Shown here one piece after another: positions 36,381-49,817 of a stretch of 64,000 nt of DNA. The stretch's first letter is position 1. Each line of letters opens with the position of its first letter. The stretch spans positions 8,372,001 through 8,436,000 of the forward strand of contig NC_087438.1 of NCBI RefSeq assembly GCF_036321535.1, in the 5' to 3' direction. A model generated the notes under the pieces. It searched no databases and was not told where the DNA came from. It saw only the letters and a program-made list of their open reading frames with translations. Both the position numbers and the translations under genes were made by a program. Source of the DNA: Camelus dromedarius (Eukaryota).

Positions 36381-39300
36381 ATTTGGTTTCACTAGCAAAC
36401 CTGATCACGCTACCTGTTCCACGGGGCCTCTACTGGGCACCTGCTAAAGGGTTCTCTAAGCAATCCTGGGTCTTGAGTAAACAAAGCATTCTTTTTCCAT
36501 TTCCAACAGGACAAGTTAATGAAGGGAGAATACATACAACAGAAAGTATAAAGGCTAATCTATGTGTATAAGCCAGCACTTTTCATTACTATACAGTAAT
36601 CTTAATTATAGAGTCATTTATCACAAGGTAATTATTGCTGACCATTCCATGAGACACGTTACAATTTTATGCGTAATTCTTCAAAAAAAAAAAAAAAAGT
36701 CGGCTTACACCCATCAGAAAGGCAGATCTTGCCAGCTACCTGCGAGTTTACTAATTACCTGTTAGGAAAACCTCCTGACCTGTCAGGAAGGGGTTAATTT
36801 TTCTCAGCAGCGTTCCCTGGCCAGCTCTCGGAGTAATTATCACAAGGTAGCAGGAAACAGACAAGCCGTCTACAGGTGAACTGACTGGAACAGCTTGCTG
36901 TCCTTCTGTGCAGGTAAATACGCCACTCGTTCCTCCCCAGGCACCTGGGAGCAGCACGCTGGCCTGTCTGTACCTTCCTGCCACAGAGGTGGCACTCTGC
37001 TTTCACGCATAGCAGTCTCACGGCCTCTTATTAGACAAGCAGATCTTTATACTAAAGTTACTCTCTGTGCCTGAAGCCCACGGCACTTCGACTGGGCTGG
37101 TAACGATATGTATTAGAAACCAACAGATGGAAACAGGATGACAGAGATGGGCCCAGGTGCTGAGGACCACTCTTGAGCCCTGACACACAATATTCCATCG
37201 ATGATCCAAACACAATTTACTCAGCACCATTGGCACGTTATACTGGTGACATCTGGATACACTTATAAAATGTGAGCATGTCTAGAAGGTCAAGGTGTTC
37301 AAAACCAAAGGATTCCACTGCATGTATACCAGAAGGACACCTCTTTGAGGAAATCCGGAGGAAAAGAATAAGGATGCTCCTTTCATGTCTTTCTTAACAA
37401 TTCTCTTGCTATATTTACAATGGTCAACAAACAGCCCTATGTAAATCCAAATACACTGCACGACAAACAGAAGGTGAACAGTAGGTGGAGACCCTCACGG
37501 CCCCTGCCCCAGCTCCCGGTGCACTGTGCGTGTTCAGCGATTAAGTGCAGGTAATACTAAGGGTCCTAAGTCTTAGATGGAAATGCAGCAAATAATCAGA
37601 CCAAAAAGCTAAATACGAAGGCACGTATTCTGCTGTTCAGAATGGGATTAAAAAACGACAATAACAAAAACAACTCTGCCACTTGAAATATCACAACATA
37701 AATGCCTATGAATGAGGAGGAAAAGAAAGGGAGTGGGAATTAGAATTTACAAACTAAACATGTGGAAAACATAATAATTAAATAAAGATAATTATTCACT
37801 TTCTTAGAATAGAATATGTGGCCCCACAACGCAATTTAAATCCCATTTTCCACATCATTTTTTTGCCCATCAATCATGCATCAATTTATAATATCACCTG
37901 TATTGTCTTGAGGTTCAGTTTGCACTGCTAACTCACCACGTGCTTACGGCTCGCTCTCTAACTGGTTTCTAACATGTCTCACTCACCCTTCTGTGTATCT
38001 CACTTGGAAATCCACAGACACACAGTGGAGACTCCAGACATTCAATTATTCTTTTAAATGCAGTGCATTAACCAGAATATTAAGCTTCCATGTCTGAATG
38101 TAAACTCCAGTGAGGTGCTAAAAATTTCAGCAAAACAACTTTAAGCATTTGCAGCACTGCACAAGCGGTGTGTCAAACAGCTGCAGAAAATGAACATGCT
38201 TCATTTGCTAACACTTCCTTTCTCCTAAGTCACATATTTAAACTTTGACTTCTAATCGATGATAAACTCATCAGCAGAATACTCATAACCCAGTATAAAG
38301 ACAGTGATTTTTTTTTCCAAAACCTGTATTTAGCTTTTTTCAATGGTTCATAGATGACCTAACTTTATGAGCCTGTAATTATGGAAGACTGCCTTTCCAT
38401 TTAAATGGTACTTTGCCAATAATTAGTATTCTTCATTTCTTTTCTACAGGACTGCTCTTTATAAAGTGCTCAAAGAGAAAAGGAATGCATATCTTCTTAA
38501 ACTTCTAAGTGAAGGTGAATCTATTCTGGGACGTAGAATTATCGTGGCTAAAATGGTCCAAGGGGACAGATCACCCCAATCAGCTGCAATGAGTTTCCAA
38601 TCTTGCTCCTTTAAAACACCCCTTGAAATCACATAAAGAAAACTAGAAATCTCTGTTGAAACCCCACGGAGAAACAACATACAGAGCTCCAGGCAAGATG
38701 ACGGCGTATTTCCATCATGATGACTGAGCGATAGACTCTAGGTCAAAAGCTCCAAGTCGCTGTATCCGGCCTGCGTCTCCACTTCCTCATGTGTAACACG
38801 AAGGGCTTGAGGGAAGTAAACCCTGAGCTCTCAGCAGTTCTAAAGCGTTTCGACAGTAAGAACACCAGGATTGCATGATTTCGGGGAAGAGAGTGATACA
38901 TTTTTGAAAGGTTTCTGCAGCTGTGCCACATCTGGAAAAAGACTGCCTGTGTTTGTTTGATGGTTTCACATCGACCTGCATTCAGCAGGGTCACAAGTGT
39001 GTCCCCAGGGATGACAGGCTTTTCGTGGCAGTTTTTTGTTTTTTTTTTCCACAGAGAAGTTGTGATCTCAGAGTCTGTGCCTGATGCCAACAGAACTTTA
39101 ATTCTTAGGAGTATGTTCCCTCCACGAAAGGTCTTCTCTAATTAGAAACATCGAGATGGCTTTCCAGACCACAGCTACGGCTGCTACACTGACAACTTTT
39201 TTATAGGTTGCCAGTTTTGATGTTGCTGCAGGAGGATGGAAGGAAGATTGGAAGAGAACCCCCAGGAAAGAACCAAAAACTTCTTAAAGACTAAAAGGAA

Positions 39301-39394
39301 GGAAGGACGCATCAGGCTGATTATAAACATCCAGTAAAAGCACGACAAAGTGGGCTGTAAAAAGGCCTGAGGTTGTGGACAGAGTATAACAGCG

Positions 39395-39568
39395 CTGTGG
39401 TGTTTTGTTATTGTGGAACTTTTTGTTACTGCGGTACTTTGTTGCTGTGGTGCTTTGTTACTGTAGTACATTGTTACAGTGGTACTTTGTTACTGAGGTG
39501 CTTTGTTGCTGTGGTGCTTTGTTGCTGTGGTGCTTTGTTACTGTGGTACTTTGTTACTGTCGTGCTCT
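39395..39568. repeat. 16-bp minisatellite, consensus CTGTGGTRCTTTGTTR, ~10.7 copies
   Basis: Units are directly readable, e.g. ctgtggtgctttgtta / ctgtggtactttgtta. Confidence 0.95.
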
Positions 39569-40829
39569 TAGATGATCCCCTGGGTGCTCTTTTAATGACT
39601 GTGTGCTTGGACAAACACGCTGGTAAGGCATCTCACTCATCTTTCTCAAGATCTGTATGTGAATCATCTCCTTCTTTAACTGTTTTAAAGACAAGATTTT
39701 CCCCATTTCTGAAACTCCTTAGAACATTTTCTATCGCCTATAGTCAAACAAGCAGGGACAAAGTGTGATCCACTCCATCCTTCCTCTTCCCTGTTAAATG
39801 TCGACCTACTGATCACCCTCTGAAACTATCATTAGACTGATGTTTTGCAGCTTAATAACTTCATCTTCTCAGTGATAAAACCTGATAAAAGTGCCATTTT
39901 GTGGGTCTAAAACAGTCTAGGATCAGCAATCCCATATGGTTCAGCATAAGTGGATTGTTACTAAATTTTAGAAAAGTAGATGATTACAAAAACCAGATGA
40001 CAGCATACAGGAGTATCCGTGCCACACTGACCACCGGGACGCTCTTCTTCACTAGACCTGGGGCCACACGTTCAAACGAGGGCAGCAGGTGAAGTGTTTG
40101 TGTGAAGCTGACGAGAATGAGAACTAAGGGAGACATAAGGACCAAAGTGACTGAGGAAACTATGTTCTGGAAAATGAGTTCAATTTTTTAAAAAATGAAA
40201 CGAAAATGGCAGCCATCGTAATAAACACATGGACAATTCACAGTCTTGCCTTTCATGACTTTCTCCCAACAAATCTGAGTTTTCTGGTTATTTGAGTGCA
40301 AGATAATATTCAATTGTAGGTGAACAATCAGACTAGGATCATATGACCCACTGGTTACTGCAAGATAGATTCTCGGTGTTAGATGTAAGAATTAATTTAT
40401 GTAAAGCAATTTCTTTGAACCATGACTTACTTTATGAAACAAAATTATTTTCTTAAATTCAACCTTTTACTTCGTAATACAGAAACACTCAAGACAGCAA
40501 GTCTTTGCATGTAGACACAGAAAGGTTTTTCTAGGTTAAATTACATCAATAAACAATACAATAATCATTTTAATGATAAAACCAATCCTACTGCTACTCA
40601 TGGCCATTTGATGAACACTTGCAATATTATTGATCTCTGTTCCGAGAAACTCTACAAACATTATCTCATGTAATTTCCACACATCAGATCTACATGGGAG
40701 TTATTTTTCCTAAGTTTTAGAGATGAGACAATGAAGATCAGAGGCATTTATCCTTCAATCCTCACACTCTCTTAAAAGAAGTTCCCTTAAGATTCATCTC
40801 TGTTATGTAAACAAGCATAATAAATTTTA

Positions 40830-40980
40830 CTTATTTATTTATTTATTTTTACTGAAGTACAGTCAGTTACAATGTGTCAATTCCTGGTGCACATCAAAAT
40901 GTCCCAGTCATATATATATATATATATATGTATACACACACACACACACATATTCGTTTTCATACTCTTTTTCATTAAAG
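40830..40980 (-). mobile_element. Very short (~150 bp) young L1 3' terminus with (TA)n(CA)n
   Basis: 'actgaagtacagtcagttacaatgtgtcaattcctggtgcaca' is the antisense of the L1 terminus seen at ~46150-46200. TSD taaatttta at 40821-40829 and 40981-40989. Confidence 0.85.
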
Positions 40981-42129
40981 TAAATTTTAAAAACATCGTA
41001 TGAAGCATTGCACTTTGGAAAATCCTTCTGCAGTACAAAAGATATAGTAATAAAGAGACTGTGGATAACTTTGCCAGGTACAGAGGAAGAACCACCAACA
41101 GAAGCCACCACACTGGGTATCACCAACAGCCTCCATCCATAGCCTGTCATCTTTCTTTTCCAGGCAGAGGTAGGGAAGCACCCTTTGGAGTAAGCTTAGT
41201 TGGGGGGGGTGTAGGGGGTGGATATGTTATTAAATTACATAATAATAATGATGATGATAACACTACTACTAATGAATAAAGTATATTTATTTATTTATAA
41301 ACTACAAAAACTATAAGTTATAAACTATATAAATTATATACAGTTATATAGGAAGTAACAGATATAATATTCAATGTTGTATAATAATATATTACCTATA
41401 ATCATTATATAAACTATAGTAATATACTTTTTAATATAAAGAAAAGTAGAAAATTTGGTCAAGAAGGTAAGAAAATGGAACCTTCATCTTCCATCCCTTC
41501 CAGGAATATGTCACCCAAGACTCTCTCTCATAGGCGCTCTGTATCTACTTTTACTACAATTCAGTCTATTTTGCCCTCAAAACATCTTCTGAATTCACCC
41601 TCTGTCTCCACGTCCACTGCCATTCACCTGCTTACAGTCTTCGTCCATTTTTTGTCTGGGCTACTCTGATAACCTCCTACCTAGCTTCCTAAACACTGAT
41701 TCCTTCCATTTATTCCTAGCTTAGCTGGAGTGATCGTCCTGAAACACAAGTCTGATCACATCATCCCCCGCTGAGCCTCCTTCAGTAACGGTCACCTGTG
41801 AAAAACGAACTGCATCATGGAGCCAACACAGGGCCTTTACCATGGCCTCCTGCCAGCTTCACCGTCTCAATTCCTGGCGCTCCCCACCCACAGCCATCCC
41901 ACCAGTGCCCCCAGTACACAGGGCTCTCTTTCCTGTCTAGACCCTGGGGTCCAGATTCAGCATGTGGGCTCCACCAACATTCAAAACCTACTTCTGCTGC
42001 TCGCTGGTGAGGCCTGGGGCAGCTGCCTTCCTCTCGAAGCTGTGGTTTCTGCTGTAACACGGAGGAGCTAACCGGACCTAACTCTGAGCTTAGCTTTAAG
42101 GATCAAAGGAGACAATGCATGTAAAGCTT

Positions 42130-42815
42130 TCCATGCAGTGCTTGGCTCATGCACTGGTAATACTTACAGGGCCCGATTCTGAGAGCTGAGAACGCATTAA
42201 CTTCACAGAACAAGGCAGGGGAGACCCTGGCCTCACAGAACACGTATTCCAGTGGAGACAGACAATTTAAAAAACTGAAGGATATTTTCTGCAGCATGCT
42301 GGAAGGAAAACCTCTTATGAAGAAAACTAAAGCGGATGAGAAGTGTCATTTTATTTTTTTTAACTTCTTAATATTTTATTTATGTATTATTGTATTATTT
42401 AATTATTTTATTGGGGGGCTTAAGGTTTATTTATTTTTAGAGGAAGTACTGAGGACTGAACCCAGGACCTCTTGCATGCTAAGCACGTGCTCTACCATTT
42501 GAGCTACACCCTCCCCCAACAAGTGTCATTTTAAGCAGGGCAGGCAGGGGCGACCTTATCCAGAAAGTGGCATCTGATCACAGTTGTGAAGGGGGTGAGG
42601 AGGTGGGCCATGTGGACATCTGGGGAAGAACACCCAGGCAGAGGAAAGCGCAGGGCAAAGCCCCTGCGGCCGGAATGTGCCGGCGAGTTTGGGGATGGCT
42701 GGAGACCAGAAAAGCTTCAGCCAAATGGGCCTGGGTGACTGAGAGGAAAATCAGAAACGTCCCGGTGAAGCAGACGGCGCTGTGGTTTGGGGCCATTTTA
42801 AGGATGTGGGTTTTG
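42130..42815 (-). mobile_element. LINE-2 fragment containing a SINE
   Basis: 'ccctggcctcacagaacacgtattccagtggagacagacaat' and 'gccatgtggacatctggggaagaacacccaggcagaggaaa..caaagcccct'. Confidence 0.75.
42354..42520 (-). mobile_element. tRNA-Ala-derived camelid SINE
   Basis: Antisense of GGGGAGGGTGTAGCTCAAATGGTAGAGCACGTGCTTAGCATGCAAGAGGTCCTGGGTTCAGT. 13-bp TSD aagtgtcatttta at 42341-42353 and 42521-42533. Confidence 0.93.
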
Positions 42816-44422
42816 ACCCAACTGCTGGTTATTACCACTTACTCATCTTTGGGGGAAATTTTGCCCAGATCTTCCAGGCTGGGTCAGAAGCCCTTCGTCT
42901 CTGCCACCAGAGGCAACTTCACCGTGGGGGACATTTAAACAGCAGCCCTCCCAAATCCCCAACTAAACAAGGCTCAGCTACTCATCTCAAGGCCCCCAGG
43001 GATTTTCGGGGTGCTCAGCTTGCAAGGACGGTTCAATAAAGAAAGAATGAACACACGTTGAAGAAACAAATGAATAGTAAGCAACACATTTTCAGGAGGT
43101 CAACAAAAGTGTCCCTGCCACAGTGAGCTGAGTGAACTACAGAACATTCCGAAAATAGTGATGGAGAACAGGCACGTATCTTCCACTGATACCACGTTTA
43201 AATTTGTAGCAATTTCCGCAATGAGGTTCAGAGACACTAGACTACTTTGTTAAAATTATTCTGTTTTATAATTTTCAAAATTCTTGCTCATGTTCTCTAA
43301 ATCTGTCTCAAAAATAACCCTGTGCTTTTCAGATTTAGGTATCTCCATTTTTCAAAAAATGAATTTGAGGCCAGAAATAACAAGGGAATAGAGGCAGACT
43401 CAGTGCTCAAACTCAGGAACCCGCGTCCTGTGAGAAGGGCCCTGATGCTTGTATTGAATAGCGCTTGTAGGAGAGCATCCTTATCAGAGCAGCTGCAGCA
43501 GAGGGAGCAGAAAAACCGTAACAACAGTCTGAGAAAATGAAGCAAGACTTGGCCGCGAGGGGCCGAATGTGAGCAGGAAGTAATTCCCTTCTGCACTCAC
43601 TCATCATAGATGCAGTCACTCTTTCTGTGAATGAGACGGCGGAGACCACAAAATCAGAGGTGCTACCGAGAGCTGTCAAGGTGACTTGACCCAACAGTAT
43701 TTACACCAGTTACTACCGATGGTGTCTACTGCTGCTCTATTATAATGCATTTTTGTCAGATTAAAACTTACGTAGCAGCACCATGAGAAACATACAATGG
43801 AGAGCAACCGTAGCACCAATCAAAGACCAGTAAGCACTGTGCTTGGACTCAGGAGAGACTCTGCATTTACCACCTATGAGATTTGTGACATGCCTATTTA
43901 TTTTAATTCTGGGACTCCGTTTTTTCATCTGTAAAGTGGGGGTGATAATATCTACTTAAAGGTTTGTTACAGGACAAGTAATACGGTGAAATATTAAAAA
44001 GGTTACATGTTCTATGAAGGTAAGTGATAATAAAAATCTCTCTCTCCATGTATATTTATGGATTGATTGTGTTGCCTTAAAATTACATGACATTTTACTA
44101 AGAATTTATTGTTTATAATTATAAAATATATATGAAAGAAATTTTCTACTATGAAGGTAACTAGCACAATCTAAAACCAGCATCACACTCCACTCCCATT
44201 CATATCTTTTGAGTAGATAAATCAATTTGTGAATGCCCTTGTAGAAAATAGAGACACACTTTTTTCACATATAATGTGCCACATTTTCATGAAGTTAATA
44301 ATCACTGAATTGCAGAAATTGTCTAATAGGAGGGTAATTCAGCAATACGACTTCAGTATTTTATAATGGTAATATTGTGACATTTGACAAGGAATACTTA
44401 CAAAAGTTTGTGATCATAAAGA

Positions 44423-46220
44423 CTTATAAGCAGAGACCTATAAAACACTGATTAAAGGAAATGAAAGATGATTTAAAGAAATGAAAAGATGTCCCATGCT
44501 CTGGACTGGAAGAATTAATATTGTTAAAATGGCCATACTACCCAAAGCAATCTACAGACTTAATGCGATCCATACCCAGGACATTTTTCACAGAACTATA
44601 ACAAATAACCCTAAAATTTATATGGAATCACAAAAGAACCAGAATTGCCAAAGCAATACTGAAGAAAAAGAACAAAGCAGGAAGAATAACTCTCTCAGAC
44701 TTCAGACAATGCTACAGAGCTACAGTCATCAAAACAGCATGATATGGCATAAAACCAGACATACGGATCAATGGAACAGAATAGACTGCCCAGAAATGAA
44801 CCCACAGATTTATAGTCAATTAATCTTTGACAAAGGAGTCAAGATTATACAATGGAGAAAAGTCAGTCTCTTCAGCAAGTGGTGTTGGGAAAGTTAGACA
44901 GCCGCATGTAAATCAATGAAGCTGGAACACTCCCTCACACCTTACACAAAAATAAACTCAAAATGGCTTAAAGACTTAAACCTCCTAGAAGAAAACACAG
45001 GCAAAACATTCTCTGACATGAATCTTAGCAATGTTCTCCTAGGGCAGTCTACCCAGGCAATAGAAATAGAAGCAAAAATAAACAAATGGGACCTAATTAA
45101 ACTTAGAAGCTTTTGCACAGCAAACTATAAGCAAAACAAAAAGACAACCTACAGAAAGGCAGAAAATATTTGCACATGCGACTGACAAGGGCTTAATTTC
45201 CAGAATACACAAACAACCCATACAACTCAATAAAAAAAAAAAAAAAAACCCAATCCTAAAATGGACAGAAGACCTAAACAAGCAATTTTCCAGTGAAGAC
45301 ATACAAATGGCCAATAGGCACATGACAAAAATGCTTAATATCGCTAACTATCAGAGAAATGCAAATCAAAACTACAAGGTATCACTTCACACCAGTCAGA
45401 ATGACCATCATTAAAAAATACGCAAATGATAAATGCTGGAGAGGGTGTGGAAAAAAGGGCAATCTCCTATACTGTTGGTGGGAATGTAGTTTGGTGCAGC
45501 CAATATGAAAAACAGTATGAGATTCCTTTAAAAACTAAAAACAGAGTAGCCATATGATACAGCAATCCCACTCCTGGGCATATAACAGGAGGAAACTCGA
45601 ATTTGAAAAGATACCTGCACCCCAATGTTCAAAGCAGCACTATTTACGATAGCCAAGACATGGAAGTAACCTAAATGTCCACTGACAGATGATTGGATAA
45701 AAAAAGTTGTGGTGTATTTATACAATGGAATACTATTCAGCTATAAAAAGAATGAAATGTCATTTGCAGCAACATGGATACATCTGGTCATACTAAGTGA
45801 AGTAAGACAGAAAGAGAAAGAAAAATACCATATGACAATCACTTATATGGAGAATCTAAAAAATGAGACAAATGGACTTATTTACAAAACAGAAACAGAC
45901 TTGTAGACATAGAAAACAAAATCGTGGTTGCCAGAGGAGAAAGGAGGGGGGTGGTGGAAAGATAAATTGGGAGTTTGGGATCTGCGGATACTATTATATA
46001 TAAAACAGATCAACAGCAAGGCCCTACTGTAAAACACAGGAGCTATATTCAATACCTTGTAAAAGCCTATAATGAAAAAGAATATAAAAAAGAAATATAT
46101 TTATATATACATATATATGTGTGTGTACATATATATAAAACTGAATCACTATGCTGTACACCAGAAATTGACACAACATTGTAAACTGAGTATACTTCAA
46201 TTTAAAAAAAAATAGAATAA
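44423..46220 (+). mobile_element. 5'-truncated LINE-1 (~1.8 kb) with a frameshifted ORF2 C-terminus and 3'UTR
   Basis: ORF-track pieces [39 protein letters not shown] and [16 protein letters not shown] are L1 ORF2p. Poly(A) tail present. TSD gtttgtgatcataaaga (44406-44422) / gtttctgatcataaaga (46223-46239). Confidence 0.96.
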
Positions 46221-48547
46221 ACGTTTCTGATCATAAAGAATTAAGGAATGAGTTACATCAAAATACTTGAAAAGCTAAAGTAAGGAAATTAATTTCCTCC
46301 AACTTAATAGAAGGATCTATCATCTCTTTTCAATAGCGTACACTGTAATACAGTAGAAGTCATTTTGTCACGGCAGTACTATGATCCCTAGCCAGAAGGA
46401 CAGCGAAGGTAAAGTACGAATGAATCACCATTCTTCTCTCTTCCTGCACAAAACTGTGGAGAATATTTAGCACTATTCAACCATCAGGGAGAAATCTATC
46501 TTGTTCTTTTAAATATAAAATGTGTAAGTTTTAAAAGATAATCATTCCAAGTTTGGCAATTTTCAAATTGCCAGGATTGTAAAATGACTTAAATGAAAGT
46601 GACAAAGTCAAAGAAAACTGCTCTTGGATGGGGAAACAAAATCAGCGCCAGGAGTGAGCTAGAAGAGAGTGGAACCCAATGAATCAGCTCACAGGCACAT
46701 CACTTCACAATTGTGGAACTGATGACAAATCCTTACTCCACAACACAGCAGCTTGAATATACAACTAAACATCAAAAAAAAAAAAAAATCTGTCAAACAA
46801 TGTTACAAACGAATAAGGAAGTGTATTTATTGAAAGCCATATGGTCCTCAAACGCTGCTTCATTTTTACAATAACAACCAAGAACTGAAGCAAAATGAAA
46901 AAGTGCAAAGACTCCACAGAACTTCTAACTCAAGGCAAGGAGGTGGGGGGGGGGGGGGCCGGAAGCTATGGCTTAAGAAATCTGTGTTTTCAACAATACG
47001 CTCTCTTTCCTAAACAATACGCTTGACTGTTTACAATCACCATACAAAACCCTGCTGTACACACTATAAGTTAAATGAAATTAACAATTCCACGTAGAAG
47101 AATAAATCGTAGCACGCTAACCAACCTGAAGACACACTGAAAAGGAAAGGTACACCTTTGGTTAATATAATGATTCTAACCATGTCAACAGCCTCATTGT
47201 TTTGATTTAAAAAAAAAAAAAAAAAAAAGATCCATCAGACAGGGAGTCTCCACAAGGTAGAGACAAAGGAATGTGACTGAAGTAAATATCTTGACAGAAA
47301 TGATATGTTTGGTTAATAGGTCACAGAATGTGGTATTTAGGGTGAGTTTTGAAAATTATACTTTCCCCAAACACATGAGCACTCAACAGATGCATCAATG
47401 TTTTGAAAAATGACTGAAAGACAAAATTCAGAAACAATTTTTACTGTTTCTAAACGAAAATTTAATTACACAATAAAGAAAATTAAGAAATATTGTGGTT
47501 CCCAATTATTCAACTGTATCTTTTAAATGTGCTCAATGCCTTTTTCCATGCAAAATGCTAACATTTTCTTTTAAAGTCTACAGTTGAAGCTGTAGTTACA
47601 AAAGTTCACTCTACACAGTATCTCAAAAACATCATAAATGTATTTTTGAATGATTATGCTATAATTAAGACACAGTGTTTTAGCAGATGAATATTTAATA
47701 ATTTTGAAACATGACTACAATATATTTTTTTGTTTTAATCTTGGTTACGATTGAGTATATAATTACTGGGGAGATTTTAATTTTCTCCCTTTTACTCTGC
47801 CTTTTTCCTAAACTCTCCAGCCAAAAAAAAAAAAAAAGGAAAGAAAAGAACTATTTTTAAAATTAGGGTGTATGATTTCTAAGCCATCTTAAAAATATAA
47901 AACTTGACCTGGAAAAATATTGAAAAAGAATAAGGTGTTAAAATGAAACTAGCCAGAGGCACAGTGAGACAGATTCAGTTTTGTTGAAATCTCGTGGTCA
48001 AGACTTTGTCTTATTGGGTAGCAACGAACAAATGCTGGTGAGAGGACATAAGGCCTGAGGAGGGTCCTGAGGATGGAGAGTGAGAGAGAAGGGACGATGA
48101 TGCTGAGATGATAAATACAGTATGAAATTTACAAAACTAGGCAGGCATTGATAAAAGATCTTTGGGAGTTTAACGGTGAGATGTTTGATAAAATCTCTTC
48201 TTCTTATGGCCCGAAAGCTATAGAAAAAAAATCTCCATCCCTCTTCAAAGCTTAATCCTAAAAAGCACCTGGGCTGTCCATCTTCACATATTGCTACACG
48301 TAAACTCAGCTGAACCAAGGACATGTAAAAGAGGTAACTCCAGTTTCTAAAGAAGAACAAGATGAAAAGGATCTACACCAAAGACAAAACAAATTTAGTA
48401 CCATGAAGTCATACTCACTTAAATTACTGAATCTGAAGATATGCTATTCTGTAGCATTTAACATATGAAACTTAAATATTCAGAAGTCATGTGGATTTTC
48501 TATGACTATATTCTTAGTATGTTGTTTTAGGTCATTTAAAAACAAAT

Positions 48548-48775
48548 GGGGAGGGGAGGGTATAGCTCAAGTGGTAGAGTGCATGCTTAATATGCACAGA
48601 GTCCTGGGTTCAATCCCCAGGACCTCCTCCAAAAATAAACAAACAAACAAATACAAAAACCTAATTACCCTCACCAAACAACAACAAAAAACCTAAATAA
48701 GTTAATAAACAAAAGGTCACCTAGAAAGTGTAAAGAAAAAGAAATAGTTTTAAAAATAGTAAAATAAATAAGTAA
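48548..48775 (+). mobile_element. tRNA-Ala-derived camelid SINE with long A-rich tail
   Basis: ggggagggtatagctcaagtggtagagtgcatgcttaatatgcacagagtcctgggttcaatcccc contains Pol III A and B boxes. Confidence 0.92.
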
Positions 48776-48779
48776 ATGG

Positions 48780-49100
48780 TGGCACAGTATTTAAGAGCAC
48801 AGATTTCAGATCAAGTCAACTTGGGATTGAAACTCAGCTTTGGAAGGCACTCCTTTTTACCTTAGGCAGCTTACTTATTTGAATTGCACCTTCCTTTCTT
48901 TAAGATGAGGTAAAAAATACCTGCATCATAGAATTGTTGAAGGGATGATATGACACACATGACGTGCTTGACACAGACCCTAAGAAATCGATCCGTCTTA
49001 ACTGTGATGGAAGGATAATGGGGGCAGGAGCATCTGGCTTTTGATCTCTGCTGTTCACCCAGCGCACAGACGTGCTCAATAACTATCTGTTGAACGACTA
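48780..49100 (+). mobile_element. MIR followed by an L2 3' terminus
   Basis: MIR: 'accttaggcagcttactt...gatgaggtaaaaaatacctgcatcatagaattgttg'. L2 end: 'gtgctcaataactatctgttgaa'. Confidence 0.65.
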
Positions 49101-49172
49101 AATAACTATTGTTATTATCAGTAATTATCTTAAGGGTATTCCCTAAACTTAGGTACCAGCCTAAGCATAATA

Positions 49173-49817
49173 TAGCAGATTCTCTTATATTCTACGAAGT
49201 CAATGCAAACATTGAATTAGTGACAAATGAACCACTCTTCCCAGGGGACATTAAGGGGTCAGTTCCTGCAAGGCTCTGGCCACAATGTTTTCAACAACCT
49301 AGCAATAAGTAACCATGTTTTATGTGAGTTTCTGTTTAAAGACACCTTATTTAATACATCTTGTTGATTCACTAACATTGAACTCATGGCCAACGGCCCC
49401 GTGTCTCATGCCTGAGTGAAGCTCACCTAATAAACGAATTTTCTCCATAAGGCCCATCACAGCCTTCTTGCACTTAGGATCACGAGACAGCACTTAAGCA
49501 CCATGCCTGGGGGCATTTGAAACAGCAAAACAAATACCAAAAAAAGCACAAAAGTTGAAAAAAAGGGCACTAAGTAGACTGCAGAAAGAACACTTGTTCA
49601 TGGTATGAGAGCTGAAGAAAAAGGTAGAGTGTGACCTTGTATGACCTCAGCTGGGAACATGCATGCCAGGTGGCTGAAATGTTTCCCCACCCTGTGCAAG
49701 TCTTGGGGACAACTGACGACAAAAGAAACACTGATACTGATTTTGGGGTTACAGACAAACTTTAGCAAGCAGGCAAATTTCACAAACATGCAATTTGCAA
49801 GTAACGAGGACTGAGAG
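49173..49817 (+). mobile_element. MER82-like TcMar-Tigger element, near full length
   Basis: 'ttctgtttaaagacaccttatttaata..ttgttgattcactaacattgaactcatggccaac', 'catcacagccttcttgcacttagga' and 'gattttggggttacagacaaactttagcaagcaggcaaatt'. Confidence 0.88.

Noticed and set aside
38450..38514. 65-nt + strand exon-like segment (TALYKVLKEKRNAYLLKLLSE)
   Set aside because: Good acceptor but only a moderate donor (GTGAAT) and an unrecognised peptide; such pseudo-exons are common.
39395..39568. Regular repeat array as a CRISPR-like structure
   Set aside because: Head-to-tail units without unique spacers in a mammalian genome; a simple minisatellite.
43297..43694. Three overlapping ORFs plus a strong - strand acceptor near 43493
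   Set aside because: No matching donor and no recognisable protein.
46943..46958. Poly-G run and other G-tracts (18665-18681, 41202-41221) as G-quadruplexes
   Set aside because: Short homopolymer-type tracts with no contextual support, and lengths may be assembly-sensitive.
48553..48628. tRNA-Ala-like sequences (also near 17055-17125, 42440-42515 and 60722-60797)
   Set aside because: They are SINE heads with A-rich tails/TSDs and mutated stems, not tRNA genes.
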